64,000 bases of DNA. Source: an uncultured Pelagibacteraceae bacterium (lineage in GTDB: Bacteria > Pseudomonadota > Alphaproteobacteria > Pelagibacterales > Pelagibacteraceae). This document shows positions 31,375 to 42,349 of the stretch, piece by piece. A model generated the notes under the pieces. It saw only the letters and a list, made by a program, of their open reading frames with translations. It did no database searches and was not told where the DNA came from. The stretch lies in NCBI GenBank assembly GCA_902516345.1, contig CABXYJ010000003.1:16280-80279 (forward strand), read 5' to 3'. Position 1 is the stretch's first letter. Each line of letters starts with the position of its first letter. Position numbers and translations under genes: made by a program.

Positions 31375-32512
31375 TTTTGCCATCATTAACTTTATAGAAA
31401 TTTAATTTATGGTTAATTTTATTATCTTCGATATCAAATATACCTATCCTTCCTTTGAAAGTATTCTTTTTCTTAAAAATTGAGCTTGAATTTTCCAAGT
31501 TATTTTCTTGTGTAAGATAATAAATTAGTCCTATTAAGTCATAACTTAACAGAGATAAGTAATTTGGTTTTTCGTTAAATTCTTTTACAAATTTTTTCTC
31601 AAAATTTTCTAAATTGTTTTTATTTATTGATGGATAATATATTGGTTGAATTGACTCTTCTTTTAACAGACTTTCATCAAACCATTGATTTAAGGTAATA
31701 ATATATTTGTCCTTAGGTGATACATCAGTATAAAGCAGAGATGTAATAACACTTTTTAAATTTTCATCGAAATCTGATATTATCACAGAGTCAAAATTAA
31801 CATTACCTAGAGTATATTTTTTATTTAGATTTTTTAATTGTTCATCTTTATCAATTATATTTGAATTCTCGACTCTCTTAATTTCATCCTCTAAATTTTG
31901 CTTCCTAATTCTATAATTAGTTATTTTTTCAATTTGTGCAGTAAGTTTTGTTGGTTCAGAATTATAGATATGATGTTTAAAAATTTTTAATTTTGACTTT
32001 TGAACTGCTCTTTTTATCTCATTTTCATAATCAAGATTAGGAGTTAAAAGTATTGTTTTTTTTATGTCGTTAATTTCTATAAAGTTTTTAATGGCATTTA
32101 CTTGGGAGTTTGCATTAACTCCAGCACTTATCACATTTCTAGGTAGTTTGTGTGTTTTATTTGTAAATGATAGGAAAATAATATCTTTAGTTTCCTCTAG
32201 ATAAATTAAATTTTTAAAAAATACTGGTCCAATAACGATCTGAATACCCATGTTCTGTAATTCATTTGCAGACTTTATTGTCTGATTAGGATTGGAATTT
32301 GTGTCTTTTAAGTATATTTCAACTTTATTCTCTCCTATATCTTTTAAAGCCATTCTTGTTGATTTAATTATCTGTTGACCAATTTTTTTATTTTCACCAC
32401 TAATCGGAATTAGCAGTCCTATCTTCAATTTTTTTTCATTGGCAGATATTTGAGAATTTAAGTAAAAAATTGAAAGAGGAACTAAAATAAGAATTTTAAA
32501 AAATTTAAGCAT
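31358..32512 (-). CDS. Penicillin-binding protein activator / LppC-like periplasmic binding-fold protein
   Basis: Signal peptide, KIGLLIPISG, VIGPVF; divergent from rsmI as in other proteobacteria. Confidence 0.7.
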   Translation of the reverse strand: MLKFFKILILVPLSIFYLNSQISANEKKLKIGLLIPISGENKKIGQQIIKSTRMALKDIGENKVEIYLKDTNSNPNQTIKSANELQNMGIQIVIGPVFFKNLIYLEETKDIIFLSFTNKTHKLPRNVISAGVNANSQVNAIKNFIEINDIKKTILLTPNLDYENEIKRAVQKSKLKIFKHHIYNSEPTKLTAQIEKITNYRIRKQNLEDEIKRVENSNIIDKDEQLKNLNKKYTLGNVNFDSVIISDFDENLKSVITSLLYTDVSPKDKYIITLNQWFDESLLKEESIQPIYYPSINKNNLENFEKKFVKEFNEKPNYLSLLSYDLIGLIYYLTQENNLENSSSIFKKKNTFKGRIGIFDIEDNKINHKLNFYKVNDGKIKEIF

Positions 32513-32544
32513 TTCGTGATATTATAATATTTTATAAAAAAAAT

Positions 32545-33408
32545 ATGGTTAGAAATACTGAGCATAATGATAAAGATATAAAGAAAGGGCTATATTTAGT
32601 ACCATCACCAATAGGAAACCTATCAGATATTACGTTAAGAGCTATCGATACTTTAAAAAAATCAGATTATATATTATGTGAAGATACTAGAGTCTCTAAA
32701 ATCTTATTAAAAAAATATAATATTAAATCTAAATTAATATCAAATCATAAATTTAACGAAAAAAAAAATTTGTTTAATATTTTAGAACTTTTGAATAAGG
32801 GTTCCATAATATCTTTAATTTCAGACGCAGGCACTCCTAGTATTTCTGACCCTGGAAGGATTTTGATAAACGAATGTATAAAAAACGATATATCGATTAT
32901 ACCTTTGCCAGGACCCTCATCTGTAACTACGGCAGTCTCAATAAGTGGTTTTTCAGAAAGATTTTTTTTCTATGGTTTTTTTCCTGAGAAAAAAAAATTA
33001 TTGGTTAATGATCTAAAGAATATGTCAAAATTAGACTCATCCATCGTATTTTTTATTTCTCCAAAAAAATTTAACAAAGTAATACCATATTTAAAAAAAA
33101 ATTTTGCTGAGCGAAAAATTTTGATTTGTAGAGAAATGACTAAATTTTTTGAGGAATTTATTAGGGTAGATGTTAATAAGTTAGATAAATATAATTTTGA
33201 TTTTAAAGGTGAGTTAACTATTGTAATTTCCGAGAATGAGTCATTAAAAAATTTATCCAAAAAATTGGGTGAATCAGATAAAAGATTAATAAAAAAAATG
33301 ATTCATAAATTATCAATAAAAGAAATTATAAATTTAATAAATCAGAAAAAAGAGATATCAAAAAAAGAAATTTATAATTATTGTTTGAAACTTAAACATG
33401 AAAATTAA
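32545..33408 (+). CDS. rsmI: 16S rRNA C1402 2'-O-methyltransferase
   Basis: LYLVPSPIGNLSDIT, CEDTR, ISDAGTPSISDPG, REMTKFFEE, KGE. Confidence 0.96.
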   Translation: MVRNTEHNDKDIKKGLYLVPSPIGNLSDITLRAIDTLKKSDYILCEDTRVSKILLKKYNIKSKLISNHKFNEKKNLFNILELLNKGSIISLISDAGTPSISDPGRILINECIKNDISIIPLPGPSSVTTAVSISGFSERFFFYGFFPEKKKLLVNDLKNMSKLDSSIVFFISPKKFNKVIPYLKKNFAERKILICREMTKFFEEFIRVDVNKLDKYNFDFKGELTIVISENESLKNLSKKLGESDKRLIKKMIHKLSIKEIINLINQKKEISKKEIYNYCLKLKHEN

Positions 33409-33991
33409 TACTTTTTTTCTTATATTATTATTAATTTTTTCCTACGGATGTGTAGGAGTATCCTCAAAAGGAATTTTTGGTACAGGAGTGAGTGTTGCTT
33501 TTGATCCAAGATCAGTCGGAACACAAATAGACGACTCAATTATGGAAAAAAGTTTGTCAGCTAAAATTCTTTTAGAAGAAAAATCCTACTTTTTTTCTGT
33601 AAAATCAAAAGTTTTAGATGGAAGAATTTTTCTTACAGGAAAAGTTGATGATCCAGAGCAAAAATTAAAATTAACAAAAATTGCTTGGGAGACCCAAGGT
33701 GTCAGATCTGTTAGAAATGATATTAAAGTAAAAGAGGAATTTAATTTTAAACAATCTGCTAAAGATATTTTGATTACATCACAATTGAGAACTGCTCTTA
33801 TTTTTAATAAGAATATTAAAGCTACAAATTATCAAATCGACACCTACAAAAAGAAAATTTACATTTATGGCATAGCATTAAAACCTGAGGAAAAACAGTT
33901 TGTTATAGATGAGGCTAAACAAATTTTAGATGTAAGAGATGTTATCGCAAGTATAATTCTCGTAGATGATTTAAGAATTCAAAAAGATTAA
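33398..33991 (+). CDS. BON domain lipoprotein (YraP/DolP-like)
   Basis: Lipobox YGC, DPRSVGTQIDD, two BON repeats. Confidence 0.88.
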   Translation: MKINTFFLILLLIFSYGCVGVSSKGIFGTGVSVAFDPRSVGTQIDDSIMEKSLSAKILLEEKSYFFSVKSKVLDGRIFLTGKVDDPEQKLKLTKIAWETQGVRSVRNDIKVKEEFNFKQSAKDILITSQLRTALIFNKNIKATNYQIDTYKKKIYIYGIALKPEEKQFVIDEAKQILDVRDVIASIILVDDLRIQKD

Positions 33992-33992
33992 T

Positions 33993-36275
33993 TTATTTTT
34001 TATAGTCAATAACATCTGCAGAATAAGCTGCTATTGACGCTAGATTTATAATATCAGATGTGGATGATCTTAATGGTGCAATCTCGATCGGCAAACCTAA
34101 ACCAATTAATAAAGGTCCAATCACTTTTGCTCTACTCATTGACTTTATCATCTTATATGAAATAGCAGCACTATGTTGGCTAGGCATAATTAAAACATTA
34201 GAATTACCAACTATTTCAGAGAACGGATATAATTCTTTATATATCTCTTCTAAAGCCACATCTGGCTGCATTTCACCATCAAATTTAAAGTCGACTTTAT
34301 CTGCTTTCAAAATTTCAACAGCATCACTTAATCGTTTTGTTCTATCGGTAGCTGGCTCTCCAAAGGTGGAGTGAGATAAAAAAGCGACTTTGGGATCAAA
34401 TCCAAATAGTTTTGCAACTCTTGCAGCTGATTTTGCCATTTCAGCTAATTGTTTAGAGTCCGGATACTCGATGACTGATGTATCACAAATAAAGATTGTT
34501 TTACCTCTATTTACAACCAAGTTCAGACCAAACATAATCTCTCCACGCCTAGGATCGACAACTTTAATTATTTTTTCAAGTGAAGATGAGTATCTTCTTG
34601 TATTCCCAGTTATCATTGCATCTGCGTCCTTACATGCAACCATACATGAGGCCCAAATCACTCTATCGTTTCTTATTAATCTGTCACAATCTCGCTCTAA
34701 CATACCTTGTTGTCTTTGGAGTTTTTTAAATAAATATTTCACATATTTTTCTCTTTTAGCGGTATCTTTTGAATTTACAATTTCAATATCAAAATTTTCA
34801 TTGTAACCAATTTTTTTAATTTGATTTTTTATCAGTTCCTCTTTTCCTACTAAGATGGGTATTCCTAATTCAGAATTTTTAAAAGCTATCGCAGCTTTAA
34901 GAGTATTTTCATCCTCACCGTCTGCAAAAACAACTTTCTTTTGTTTTTTCTTGATATAACTATTTACTCCTTGCATGATTGTGACTGTTGGATCTAATCG
35001 TTGTTTTAGCTGGTCTTTGTAGATATCAAAATTATCAACTTTTTTTCTTGCAACTCCAGTATCAATAGCAGCTTTTGCAACTGCAGCCGGTATAACACTA
35101 ATTAATCTTGGATCGAATGTTGATGGAATTATGTAATCTTTTCCATAGTGAGGCCTTTCACCTCCCATTGCTGCAATTACTTCATCAGGTACATCTTCTT
35201 TAGCTAATTTTGCTATCGCATGTGCAGCCGCAATTTTCATCTCTTCATTTATTGTTTTTGATCGTACATCTAATGCGCCTCTAAAAATATATGGAAACCC
35301 AATTAAATTGTTTACTTGATTAGGATAATCTGACCTTCCAGTCGCTATAATTGCATCATCTCTAACTTCCTCAATTTCTTCAGGTGTAATTTCTGGGTCA
35401 GGGTTAGCACATGCAAATACAATTGGATTTTTCGCCATTTTTTTAACCATGTCTTTAGTTAACGCACCTTTCGCAGATAAGCCTAAAAAAACATCTGCAT
35501 TAGTAATAGCATCATCTAGAGTTCTATCTTTTGTGTCATTTGCATGACTTGATTTCCATTGGTTCAAATTATCTCGACCTCTGTAAATGACCCCTGTTCT
35601 GTCTACCATTGTAATATTTTTTTGGGGTGCACCAGTCTTTTTAAATAAATTAGCGCAAGCCATAGCCGAAGCTCCGGCACCATTGACAACTATTTTAACT
35701 CTATCAATTTTTTTATTACAAATGTCTAAAGCGTTAATTAATGCTGCAGTCGTGATAATCGCGGTTCCATGCTGATCATCATGAAACACGGGTATATCAA
35801 GTATTTCTTTAAGCTTTTCTTCAATAATAAAACAATCAGGAGCAGCAATATCCTCAAGATTAATACCTCCAAAACTTGGAGCAAAATTTTTTATACTATT
35901 TATAATTTCATCTGGATTTTCGGAGTCTATCTCTAAATCAATAGAGTCAATATCAGCAAATCTTTTAAATAAAACAGCCTTACCTTCCATCACCGGTTTA
36001 GATGCTAACGCACCTAAATTTCCCATTCCCAAAATTGCTGAGCCATTACTAATTACTGCAACAAGGTTTCCTTTACTTGTATAATCAAACGCAGCCTCAG
36101 GATTATCACTGATTGCTCTTACAGGAGCAGCTACACCAGGCGAGTATGCTAAAGCCAGATCTCTTTTTGTCGTCATATTTTTTGAGGAAGATATTTCAAT
36201 CTTGCCTGGCTTTTTATCTTTGTGAAAATCTAAAGCTTCTTTATCTGTGTAATGATCAATTTTTGTTTTTTTCAT
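33993..36275 (-). CDS. maeB: NADP-dependent malic enzyme with phosphotransacetylase-like domain
   Basis: LAYSPGVA, KPVMEGK, INLEDI, FHDDQHGT, GRSDYPNQVNN; C-terminal ADGED and DGEMQPD. Confidence 0.96.
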   Translation of the reverse strand: MKKTKIDHYTDKEALDFHKDKKPGKIEISSSKNMTTKRDLALAYSPGVAAPVRAISDNPEAAFDYTSKGNLVAVISNGSAILGMGNLGALASKPVMEGKAVLFKRFADIDSIDLEIDSENPDEIINSIKNFAPSFGGINLEDIAAPDCFIIEEKLKEILDIPVFHDDQHGTAIITTAALINALDICNKKIDRVKIVVNGAGASAMACANLFKKTGAPQKNITMVDRTGVIYRGRDNLNQWKSSHANDTKDRTLDDAITNADVFLGLSAKGALTKDMVKKMAKNPIVFACANPDPEITPEEIEEVRDDAIIATGRSDYPNQVNNLIGFPYIFRGALDVRSKTINEEMKIAAAHAIAKLAKEDVPDEVIAAMGGERPHYGKDYIIPSTFDPRLISVIPAAVAKAAIDTGVARKKVDNFDIYKDQLKQRLDPTVTIMQGVNSYIKKKQKKVVFADGEDENTLKAAIAFKNSELGIPILVGKEELIKNQIKKIGYNENFDIEIVNSKDTAKREKYVKYLFKKLQRQQGMLERDCDRLIRNDRVIWASCMVACKDADAMITGNTRRYSSSLEKIIKVVDPRRGEIMFGLNLVVNRGKTIFICDTSVIEYPDSKQLAEMAKSAARVAKLFGFDPKVAFLSHSTFGEPATDRTKRLSDAVEILKADKVDFKFDGEMQPDVALEEIYKELYPFSEIVGNSNVLIMPSQHSAAISYKMIKSMSRAKVIGPLLIGLGLPIEIAPLRSSTSDIINLASIAAYSADVIDYKK

Positions 36276-36325
36276 TTATGCTAATTAGGTGTACAAATGG
36301 GGTAAAATTAAGACTAATATGATTT

Positions 36326-37855
36326 ATGAATTTAGTTAAGTCAACAGGGACTTTTGGTTTTTATACTATTATCAGTAGATTACTTGGTTATTTAAGAGAT
36401 GTTTTGATAGCGATCTTTCTTGGAACAAGTTTTTTAGCAGATGTATTTTTTGTAGCATTTAGAATACCTAATACTTTTAGAAGATTATTTGCAGAAGGAA
36501 CTTTTAATGCAGCTTTTATACCAAGTTACACTTCAGAATTAGTAAAAAAAAAAACTGGATCACAAAAATTTGCTAACGAAATTTTTAATTTATTATTTTT
36601 AGGACTATTGTTTTTAGTTTTAATTATAGAAATTTTCATGCCATTTTTTGTAAGGTTAATAGCACCAGGTTTTGTTGATAATTCAGAAAAAATTCAGCTA
36701 GCTGTCAATCTTACAAGGATAACTATGCCATTTTTAATGTTTGTGAGTCTATCTTCTTTTTTTGCTGCAATTCTAAATTCTCACAATAAGTTTGCTGCGG
36801 CCTCTGCAGCTCCAATAATCCTTAATATAGTCTTGATTGGAATTTTATTTTTTGGCAAATTTCTCAACGACGAACTAGTTTATTATTTATCATATGGAGT
36901 TTCTATTGCAGGATTATTACAACTTGTTTTTTTATACCAATTTGCGAAAAAATTTTATTCTATAAATCTTAACTTTAATTTCAAAATTAATAATAAGGTT
37001 AAATTTTTTTTCAAAAAACTTTTACCTAGTATTTTCTCATCTGGTGTTACACAAATTAATATTCTTGTCGGTACTATAATTGCATCTTTTCAAGCCAGTG
37101 CCGTATCCTATCTATATTATGCTGACAGGATTTATCAAATAAATCTTGCAATCGCAGGAATTGCGATAGGCGTTGTTGTTCTGCCACAACTTTCAAAACA
37201 TGTTTTTTTAAAAAAGAAAAATAAAATTCTTTTATTACAAAATAAAGCACTTGAGCTTAGTATGTTTTTAAGTCTACCAGCTGCAGTTGCTTTAATTGTA
37301 GGATCAGATCAAATTATTTCAGCATTATTTGGTTATGGTTCTTTTGATGAGCTGTCAGTATCTAACTCGGCAAATGCACTTTACTATTTTGGATTAGGAT
37401 TACCCGCTTTTGCCTTAATTAAAGTATTTTCAACTTTTTTTTTCGCAAATCAGGACACTAAAACACCATTTTATATTTCATTAATCTCGGTATTTTTGAA
37501 TATATTTATTAGTGTTTATTTTTTTAAAGAAATTGGTTTTATAATCATACCTATAGCCACGACAATTTCATCATGGTTTAATGCAATAATATTATTTGTT
37601 TACTTAAAAAATAAAGATTTATTCAATTTCAATGAATTCTTTTTTGCCAAATTAATAAAAATAATTCTGGCATCTATACTAATGGGGGTATTTTTTAATT
37701 ATTTAATTTTGTTTTTTGAAAATAAATTGATTTATGAATACAGTTTTAAATCTTTCTATTTGATACTTTCAGCTTTTTTAAGTCTTATATTTTATTTGAG
37801 TTTTTCATTATTTATCAAAGCTTTCAAATATGGTGATATTAAACTAAAGTATTAG
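36326..37855 (+). CDS. murJ: Lipid II flippase MurJ
   Basis: [35 protein letters not shown]. Confidence 0.96.
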   Translation: MNLVKSTGTFGFYTIISRLLGYLRDVLIAIFLGTSFLADVFFVAFRIPNTFRRLFAEGTFNAAFIPSYTSELVKKKTGSQKFANEIFNLLFLGLLFLVLIIEIFMPFFVRLIAPGFVDNSEKIQLAVNLTRITMPFLMFVSLSSFFAAILNSHNKFAAASAAPIILNIVLIGILFFGKFLNDELVYYLSYGVSIAGLLQLVFLYQFAKKFYSINLNFNFKINNKVKFFFKKLLPSIFSSGVTQINILVGTIIASFQASAVSYLYYADRIYQINLAIAGIAIGVVVLPQLSKHVFLKKKNKILLLQNKALELSMFLSLPAAVALIVGSDQIISALFGYGSFDELSVSNSANALYYFGLGLPAFALIKVFSTFFFANQDTKTPFYISLISVFLNIFISVYFFKEIGFIIIPIATTISSWFNAIILFVYLKNKDLFNFNEFFFAKLIKIILASILMGVFFNYLILFFENKLIYEYSFKSFYLILSAFLSLIFYLSFSLFIKAFKYGDIKLKY

Positions 37856-37857
37856 CT

Positions 37858-38859
37858 ATGGGAAAAAAAATTTTTTCAGGTGTTCAACCTACTGGAAATC
37901 TTCATCTTGGAAATTATTTAGGAGCGATTAAAAATTTTGTAAAACTTAACAATGAGGATCAAAATGAGTGTGTATTCTGTGTTGTTGATCTTCATGCTAT
38001 TACAGTCGCCCAAGATCCAAAAAAATTAAAAGATAATATTTATGAAACTGTAGCAACTTTTATTGCTAGTGGTATAGATCCTGAAAAAAGTATTATCTTT
38101 AATCAATCAAAAGTGAGTGCCCATTCAGAGACAGCTTGGATATTAAGTTGTGTTGCTAGAATGGGATGGCTTAATAGAATGACACAATTTAAGGAGAAAG
38201 CTGGAAGAGATAAGGAAAAAGCAAGTATAGGTCTGTATTCCTATCCAGTTTTAATGGCTGCAGATATTTTATTATATGACACAACTCATGTACCTGTTGG
38301 AGACGATCAAAAGCAACATTTGGAACTTTGTCGAGATATTGCTCAAAAATTTAACAATGATTTTAATGCTGACAATTTTTTTAAAATTCCTGAGCCATTA
38401 ATCCAAAAAGAGTTTTCAAGAATTATGAGCTTAAGAGATGGTACTAAAAAAATGAGTAAATCTGAATTATCAGATCAGAGTAGAATAAATTTAACTGATA
38501 ATAAAGATCAAATAATAAATAAAATCAAAAAAGCAAAAACTGATAATTTGCCCTTACCATCTGATAGTATAGATTTAGAAAAAAGACCTGAGGCAAAAAA
38601 TTTGATAGGTATTTATTCTAGTTTAATGGATGTGAATTTAGAAGATACAATAAATAAATACGCTGGAAAAAATTTTTCAGAATTTAAAGAAAATTTATCA
38701 CAAGTTATGGTTGATAAAATTAGCCCAATATCTTCAGAAATAAAAAAATTATTAAGTGAAAAAACGTTTTTAGATAAAATATTATCAGAGGGAGCAAAAA
38801 AAGCTGATAAAATAGCTTCAGAAAAGGTAAAAAAAATCCAAGAACTTGTTGGTTTTTAA
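37858..38859 (+). CDS. trpS: Tryptophan--tRNA ligase
   Basis: [36 protein letters not shown]. Confidence 0.98.
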   Translation: MGKKIFSGVQPTGNLHLGNYLGAIKNFVKLNNEDQNECVFCVVDLHAITVAQDPKKLKDNIYETVATFIASGIDPEKSIIFNQSKVSAHSETAWILSCVARMGWLNRMTQFKEKAGRDKEKASIGLYSYPVLMAADILLYDTTHVPVGDDQKQHLELCRDIAQKFNNDFNADNFFKIPEPLIQKEFSRIMSLRDGTKKMSKSELSDQSRINLTDNKDQIINKIKKAKTDNLPLPSDSIDLEKRPEAKNLIGIYSSLMDVNLEDTINKYAGKNFSEFKENLSQVMVDKISPISSEIKKLLSEKTFLDKILSEGAKKADKIASEKVKKIQELVGF

Positions 38860-38911
38860 AATTTCTTTATTAACAAGTTTTATTTTTAGAATTATTGACT
38901 ATATATAAATT

Positions 38912-39451
38912 ATGTTTGTGCAGACTGAAATAACACCGAACCCAAATTCTTTAAAATTCTTACCTGGTAAGAATGTTTCAAACAAAGGATCATTTGAAAT
39001 TACACAAAAAGATCAAACCAATAATGAGTTGGTAAAAAACTTGTTATCTATTAATGGAGTTGAAGGTATTTTTCTAGGTAAAGACTTTATTTCAATAAAT
39101 AAAAATGACGTTACTTCATGGGAAGAAATTAAACACATAGTGATTTCTTTAATAAATGATTTTTATTCAAGTGGAAAAGAATGTGTAGTTGAAAATACTT
39201 TAATTGAAAATAATGAAAATTTAAATGATATAGAAAAAAAAATAATCAAAATATTAGATGAAAAAATAAGACCAGCAGTTGCGAAAGATGGTGGAGATAT
39301 TAAATTTAAGGAGTTTAAAAATGGTATAGTCAAAGTACAACTCCAGGGGAGTTGCTCTGGTTGTCCAAGCTCGACAATGACACTTAAAAAAGGAGTACAA
39401 AACCTTTTATGTCATTATTTACCTGATGTAAAAGAGGTGGAAGCAATTTAA
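38912..39451 (+). CDS. nfuA: NifU/Nfu-type Fe-S carrier
   Basis: TPNPNSLKF, RPAVAKDGGDI, GSCSGCPSS. Confidence 0.92.
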   Translation: MFVQTEITPNPNSLKFLPGKNVSNKGSFEITQKDQTNNELVKNLLSINGVEGIFLGKDFISINKNDVTSWEEIKHIVISLINDFYSSGKECVVENTLIENNENLNDIEKKIIKILDEKIRPAVAKDGGDIKFKEFKNGIVKVQLQGSCSGCPSSTMTLKKGVQNLLCHYLPDVKEVEAI

Positions 39452-39455
39452 ATTT

Positions 39456-40523
39456 ATGAAAAAGAAAAATAATCTTAATAAAGTAAATTTTTTAAATTTT
39501 TTTGAAAAAAAAAAATTAGGCTCTTTTCCAAGAATATTTTTAAGTTCCATTTTGGTAATTTTTTTTTTCTACTCTGCCCCAGTGTTAATTGAATTTTCCA
39601 ATGATAAAAATAATGAATACCAAAACAATTCAAAAGCAGTCTTAGCTTATACACTTAACAATGGGACCCCCAAAGAGGACAAAGCTTTAGATGAAAAAGA
39701 CTTATTAATAGATATTTTTAGTTTAAATGACCTTGATACAGATACAGTTAGGTTAGATGCCTCAACTATAAAACAATTGTTTGAGGATACAGACTATTCT
39801 CTTAAAGAAGTAAGAGAAAAAAAGTTAGTAAAACCGATTGCTTTAACTTTACTGCCAAACGAAATAAAAATGATTGAAAATGTTAAAAAAAGGAAAGAAT
39901 TTTTTATACAAATTGTTTTACCTTTAATTCTTAAAGAAAATAATAATATCAGAATAGATCGAATAAGGCTTTTTAATATAATTAACAAAAACAAAAATAC
40001 TAATTTAGAAAAGAGGTGGCTCGAAAAAAAATATAAACAATATGGTATCCCATCTAAAGATTTATCAATTTTAAAAATAAGAATGGATGAGGTGCCGGTT
40101 TCACTAGCTATTGCTCAAGCCGCGAAAGAAACTGGCTGGGGAACTTCTAGATTTGCTCAAGAGGGTAATGCTTTATTTGGACAATGGACATGGTCAGGAG
40201 AGGGTTTAAAACCAAAAGATGCAGATAAAAATCAAGGCCATAAAGTCATGAAATTTAATGTCCTCCAAGCATCTGTTCGTGCATACCAAAGAAATATAAA
40301 TACACATTCGTCTTATATAAAATTTAGAGAAGAGAGGGCAAAACTTAGGGATCAAGGATTAAAACTTGACAGTTTAAAATTAGTCTTACATTTAGATCAA
40401 TATGCTGAAACTGGAAGTAAATATGTAGAGGTTTTAAAAAAGATTATTATCCAAAATAAGTTAAAAGATTTTGACGATGCTAGATTGTTACCTTCAAGTA
40501 TTAATTTAGAGAGCTTAACTTAA
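39456..40523 (+). CDS. Bax-like glucosaminidase domain protein
   Basis: AQAAKETGWGTSRFAQEGNALFGQW, NINTH..Y. Confidence 0.88.
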   Translation: MKKKNNLNKVNFLNFFEKKKLGSFPRIFLSSILVIFFFYSAPVLIEFSNDKNNEYQNNSKAVLAYTLNNGTPKEDKALDEKDLLIDIFSLNDLDTDTVRLDASTIKQLFEDTDYSLKEVREKKLVKPIALTLLPNEIKMIENVKKRKEFFIQIVLPLILKENNNIRIDRIRLFNIINKNKNTNLEKRWLEKKYKQYGIPSKDLSILKIRMDEVPVSLAIAQAAKETGWGTSRFAQEGNALFGQWTWSGEGLKPKDADKNQGHKVMKFNVLQASVRAYQRNINTHSSYIKFREERAKLRDQGLKLDSLKLVLHLDQYAETGSKYVEVLKKIIIQNKLKDFDDARLLPSSINLESLT

Positions 40524-41581
40524 TTAGGTCTCACAGTAAATTGCGTCCCAAACCATCTCCAATTTCCATTTTCATTTAATGAGCAATTAATTCTCCCTCT
40601 CCTTGGTTTAAAAGGCTCCCTGAAATCAATACTTAATTTATTTTTTATTATCTTTATTTTTGATTTATCCCACTTTTCTCCCTCATTTGAAAAACAGTTT
40701 ATATTTCTAATATTTTTTTGCTGCTCAAAAAATTCAACTTCAAATATGGGAGGGTTATTAGCTTTATTTAACTTTTTTTCTTCTGGTCTTAACACTTTAT
40801 ACTCTAAAGGGGAATAATTGATTATCGATTTAAATCTTTTTAATTCACCGTATTTTTCGTTTATCGGAAAGCGTGGAAGTTCAAATTTTTCTTTATTTAC
40901 ATCAATTACACCTGAATGTTGACCAAATGCTAAATTAAAATTTTTAGATATGTAATCTTTCATTAACTTTGAATACTCTCCAAATGGATAAGAAAAAATT
41001 GTTGGGATATAGCCTAAGTTTTTTTTAAATATTTTGCTTGCTGTATTTATATCATTTATAAATTCTTCATGTGTTTTATCTATCAAATATTCGTGAGAAT
41101 GTGAGTGATGCCCAATTGCAGCAAATTTTGTATTCTCTATTTCTTTAATCTGATCCCATGTCATATATCCACTTCTGCCAATTGGTTCTGTTGAAACAAA
41201 TAAAATAAAAGGAATTTGATTTTTTTTTAAATATGGCCAAGCTTCATTATAAAATGACTCAAAAGCATCATCTATTGTAAGTAAAATTTTTTTGTTCATT
41301 TTAGACTCTTCAAATTCATTCTCAAAATCTTTAGGGTTATAGAAAGAAAACTTAGACGTCTTAATTATATTCATATGTTTTATAAAAATATCCATTTGAA
41401 TATTTGTTGAAGGATATTTTGACTCATTGAAACGATGATACATAATTGATAAAATACCTTGATCATCTGAATATCGTTTACTATTCTGTTCATCTGCATT
41501 AAGAATGATTGTAAAAGAAAAAATTAATATGAATATTTTAATTATTGATGCTGCGAATGAAAATATTTGTTTTATGATCAT
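40520..41581 (-). CDS. Polysaccharide deacetylase family protein (ATG 41581 preferred)
   Basis: MYHRF, LTIDDA, GHHSHSH, FSYPFGE, AFGQHSG, LPRF. Confidence 0.9.
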   Translation of the reverse strand: MIIKQIFSFAASIIKIFILIFSFTIILNADEQNSKRYSDDQGILSIMYHRFNESKYPSTNIQMDIFIKHMNIIKTSKFSFYNPKDFENEFEESKMNKKILLTIDDAFESFYNEAWPYLKKNQIPFILFVSTEPIGRSGYMTWDQIKEIENTKFAAIGHHSHSHEYLIDKTHEEFINDINTASKIFKKNLGYIPTIFSYPFGEYSKLMKDYISKNFNLAFGQHSGVIDVNKEKFELPRFPINEKYGELKRFKSIINYSPLEYKVLRPEEKKLNKANNPPIFEVEFFEQQKNIRNINCFSNEGEKWDKSKIKIIKNKLSIDFREPFKPRRGRINCSLNENGNWRWFGTQFTVRPN

Positions 41582-41915
41582 TAATAATAACAATGTTTAT
41601 AATGTCACCCATCAAAATAGTAAAACTAATTATGAAAAATTGGTTATTTTATTAAAATATTTTTTAAATTCAAAAAATTTAGAATTTAAAGATATCTCAA
41701 GAATATATGTGAATAAAGGACCCGGTAGTTTCGGTGGTATCCGAAATTCTTTATCTATAGTTAAGGCAATACATTTAGTTAATAAGATTGACTATTATTG
41801 TTACAGTTTTAACGATTTTCACAATGTAAAAGGATTAAAATATCAAAATATCCCCAATCTATGCGATAAATTTAAAGTTAAAAAAAATTTGATTAATCCT
41901 ATTTATTTAAGTTAA
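41529..41915 (+). CDS. tsaB: Truncated TsaB (t6A biosynthesis) protein
   Basis: MNILIID start, VNKGPGSFGGIR motif, IxPxY end; upstream of fur-miaB as in alphaproteobacteria. Confidence 0.75.
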   Translation: MNILIIDAANENICFMIINNNNVYNVTHQNSKTNYEKLVILLKYFLNSKNLEFKDISRIYVNKGPGSFGGIRNSLSIVKAIHLVNKIDYYCYSFNDFHNVKGLKYQNIPNLCDKFKVKKNLINPIYLS

Positions 41916-41923
41916 AATTGATT

Positions 41924-42349
41924 ATGACAGATACCATTGAGCAAAAATGTATTTCTAAGGGAGTTAAACTCACAGATCAGAGAAAAATAATTGCAAAAGT
42001 AATTTCAGAGTCCAAGTCTGAGTATGGAGAGTCTGATCATCCGGATGTGGATGAGCTATATAATAGAGTTATAAAAATAGATCCTAAAATTAGCATTGCA
42101 ACTGTTTATAGAACAGTGAAACTTTTCGAAGAAGCTGGAATTCTTACTAAACACGATTTTAAAACTGGTAAAGCAAGATATGAAATAAACGATGATCATA
42201 ATCACTTGATTGATATCAAGACAGGTGAAATAATAGAATTTGTTGATGACGAGATATTGAGACTTCAAAAAAAAGTTGCAGAAAAATATGGATATAATCT
42301 TGTGGATCATAAACTAGAACTATATGGGGTTAAAAAAAAACCTCAGTAA
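41924..42349 (+). CDS. fur: Ferric uptake regulator (Fur/Mur family)
   Basis: TDQR, DHPDVDEL, ISIATVYRT, HNHLID..GEIIEF, HKLELYG. Confidence 0.93.
   Translation: MTDTIEQKCISKGVKLTDQRKIIAKVISESKSEYGESDHPDVDELYNRVIKIDPKISIATVYRTVKLFEEAGILTKHDFKTGKARYEINDDHNHLIDIKTGEIIEFVDDEILRLQKKVAEKYGYNLVDHKLELYGVKKKPQ

Noticed and set aside
38885-38901. Possible ICE box before nfuA (TTTAGAA-TTA-TTGACTA)
   Set aside because: Only the left half-site matches; too weak in AT-rich DNA despite a plausible Fe-S target
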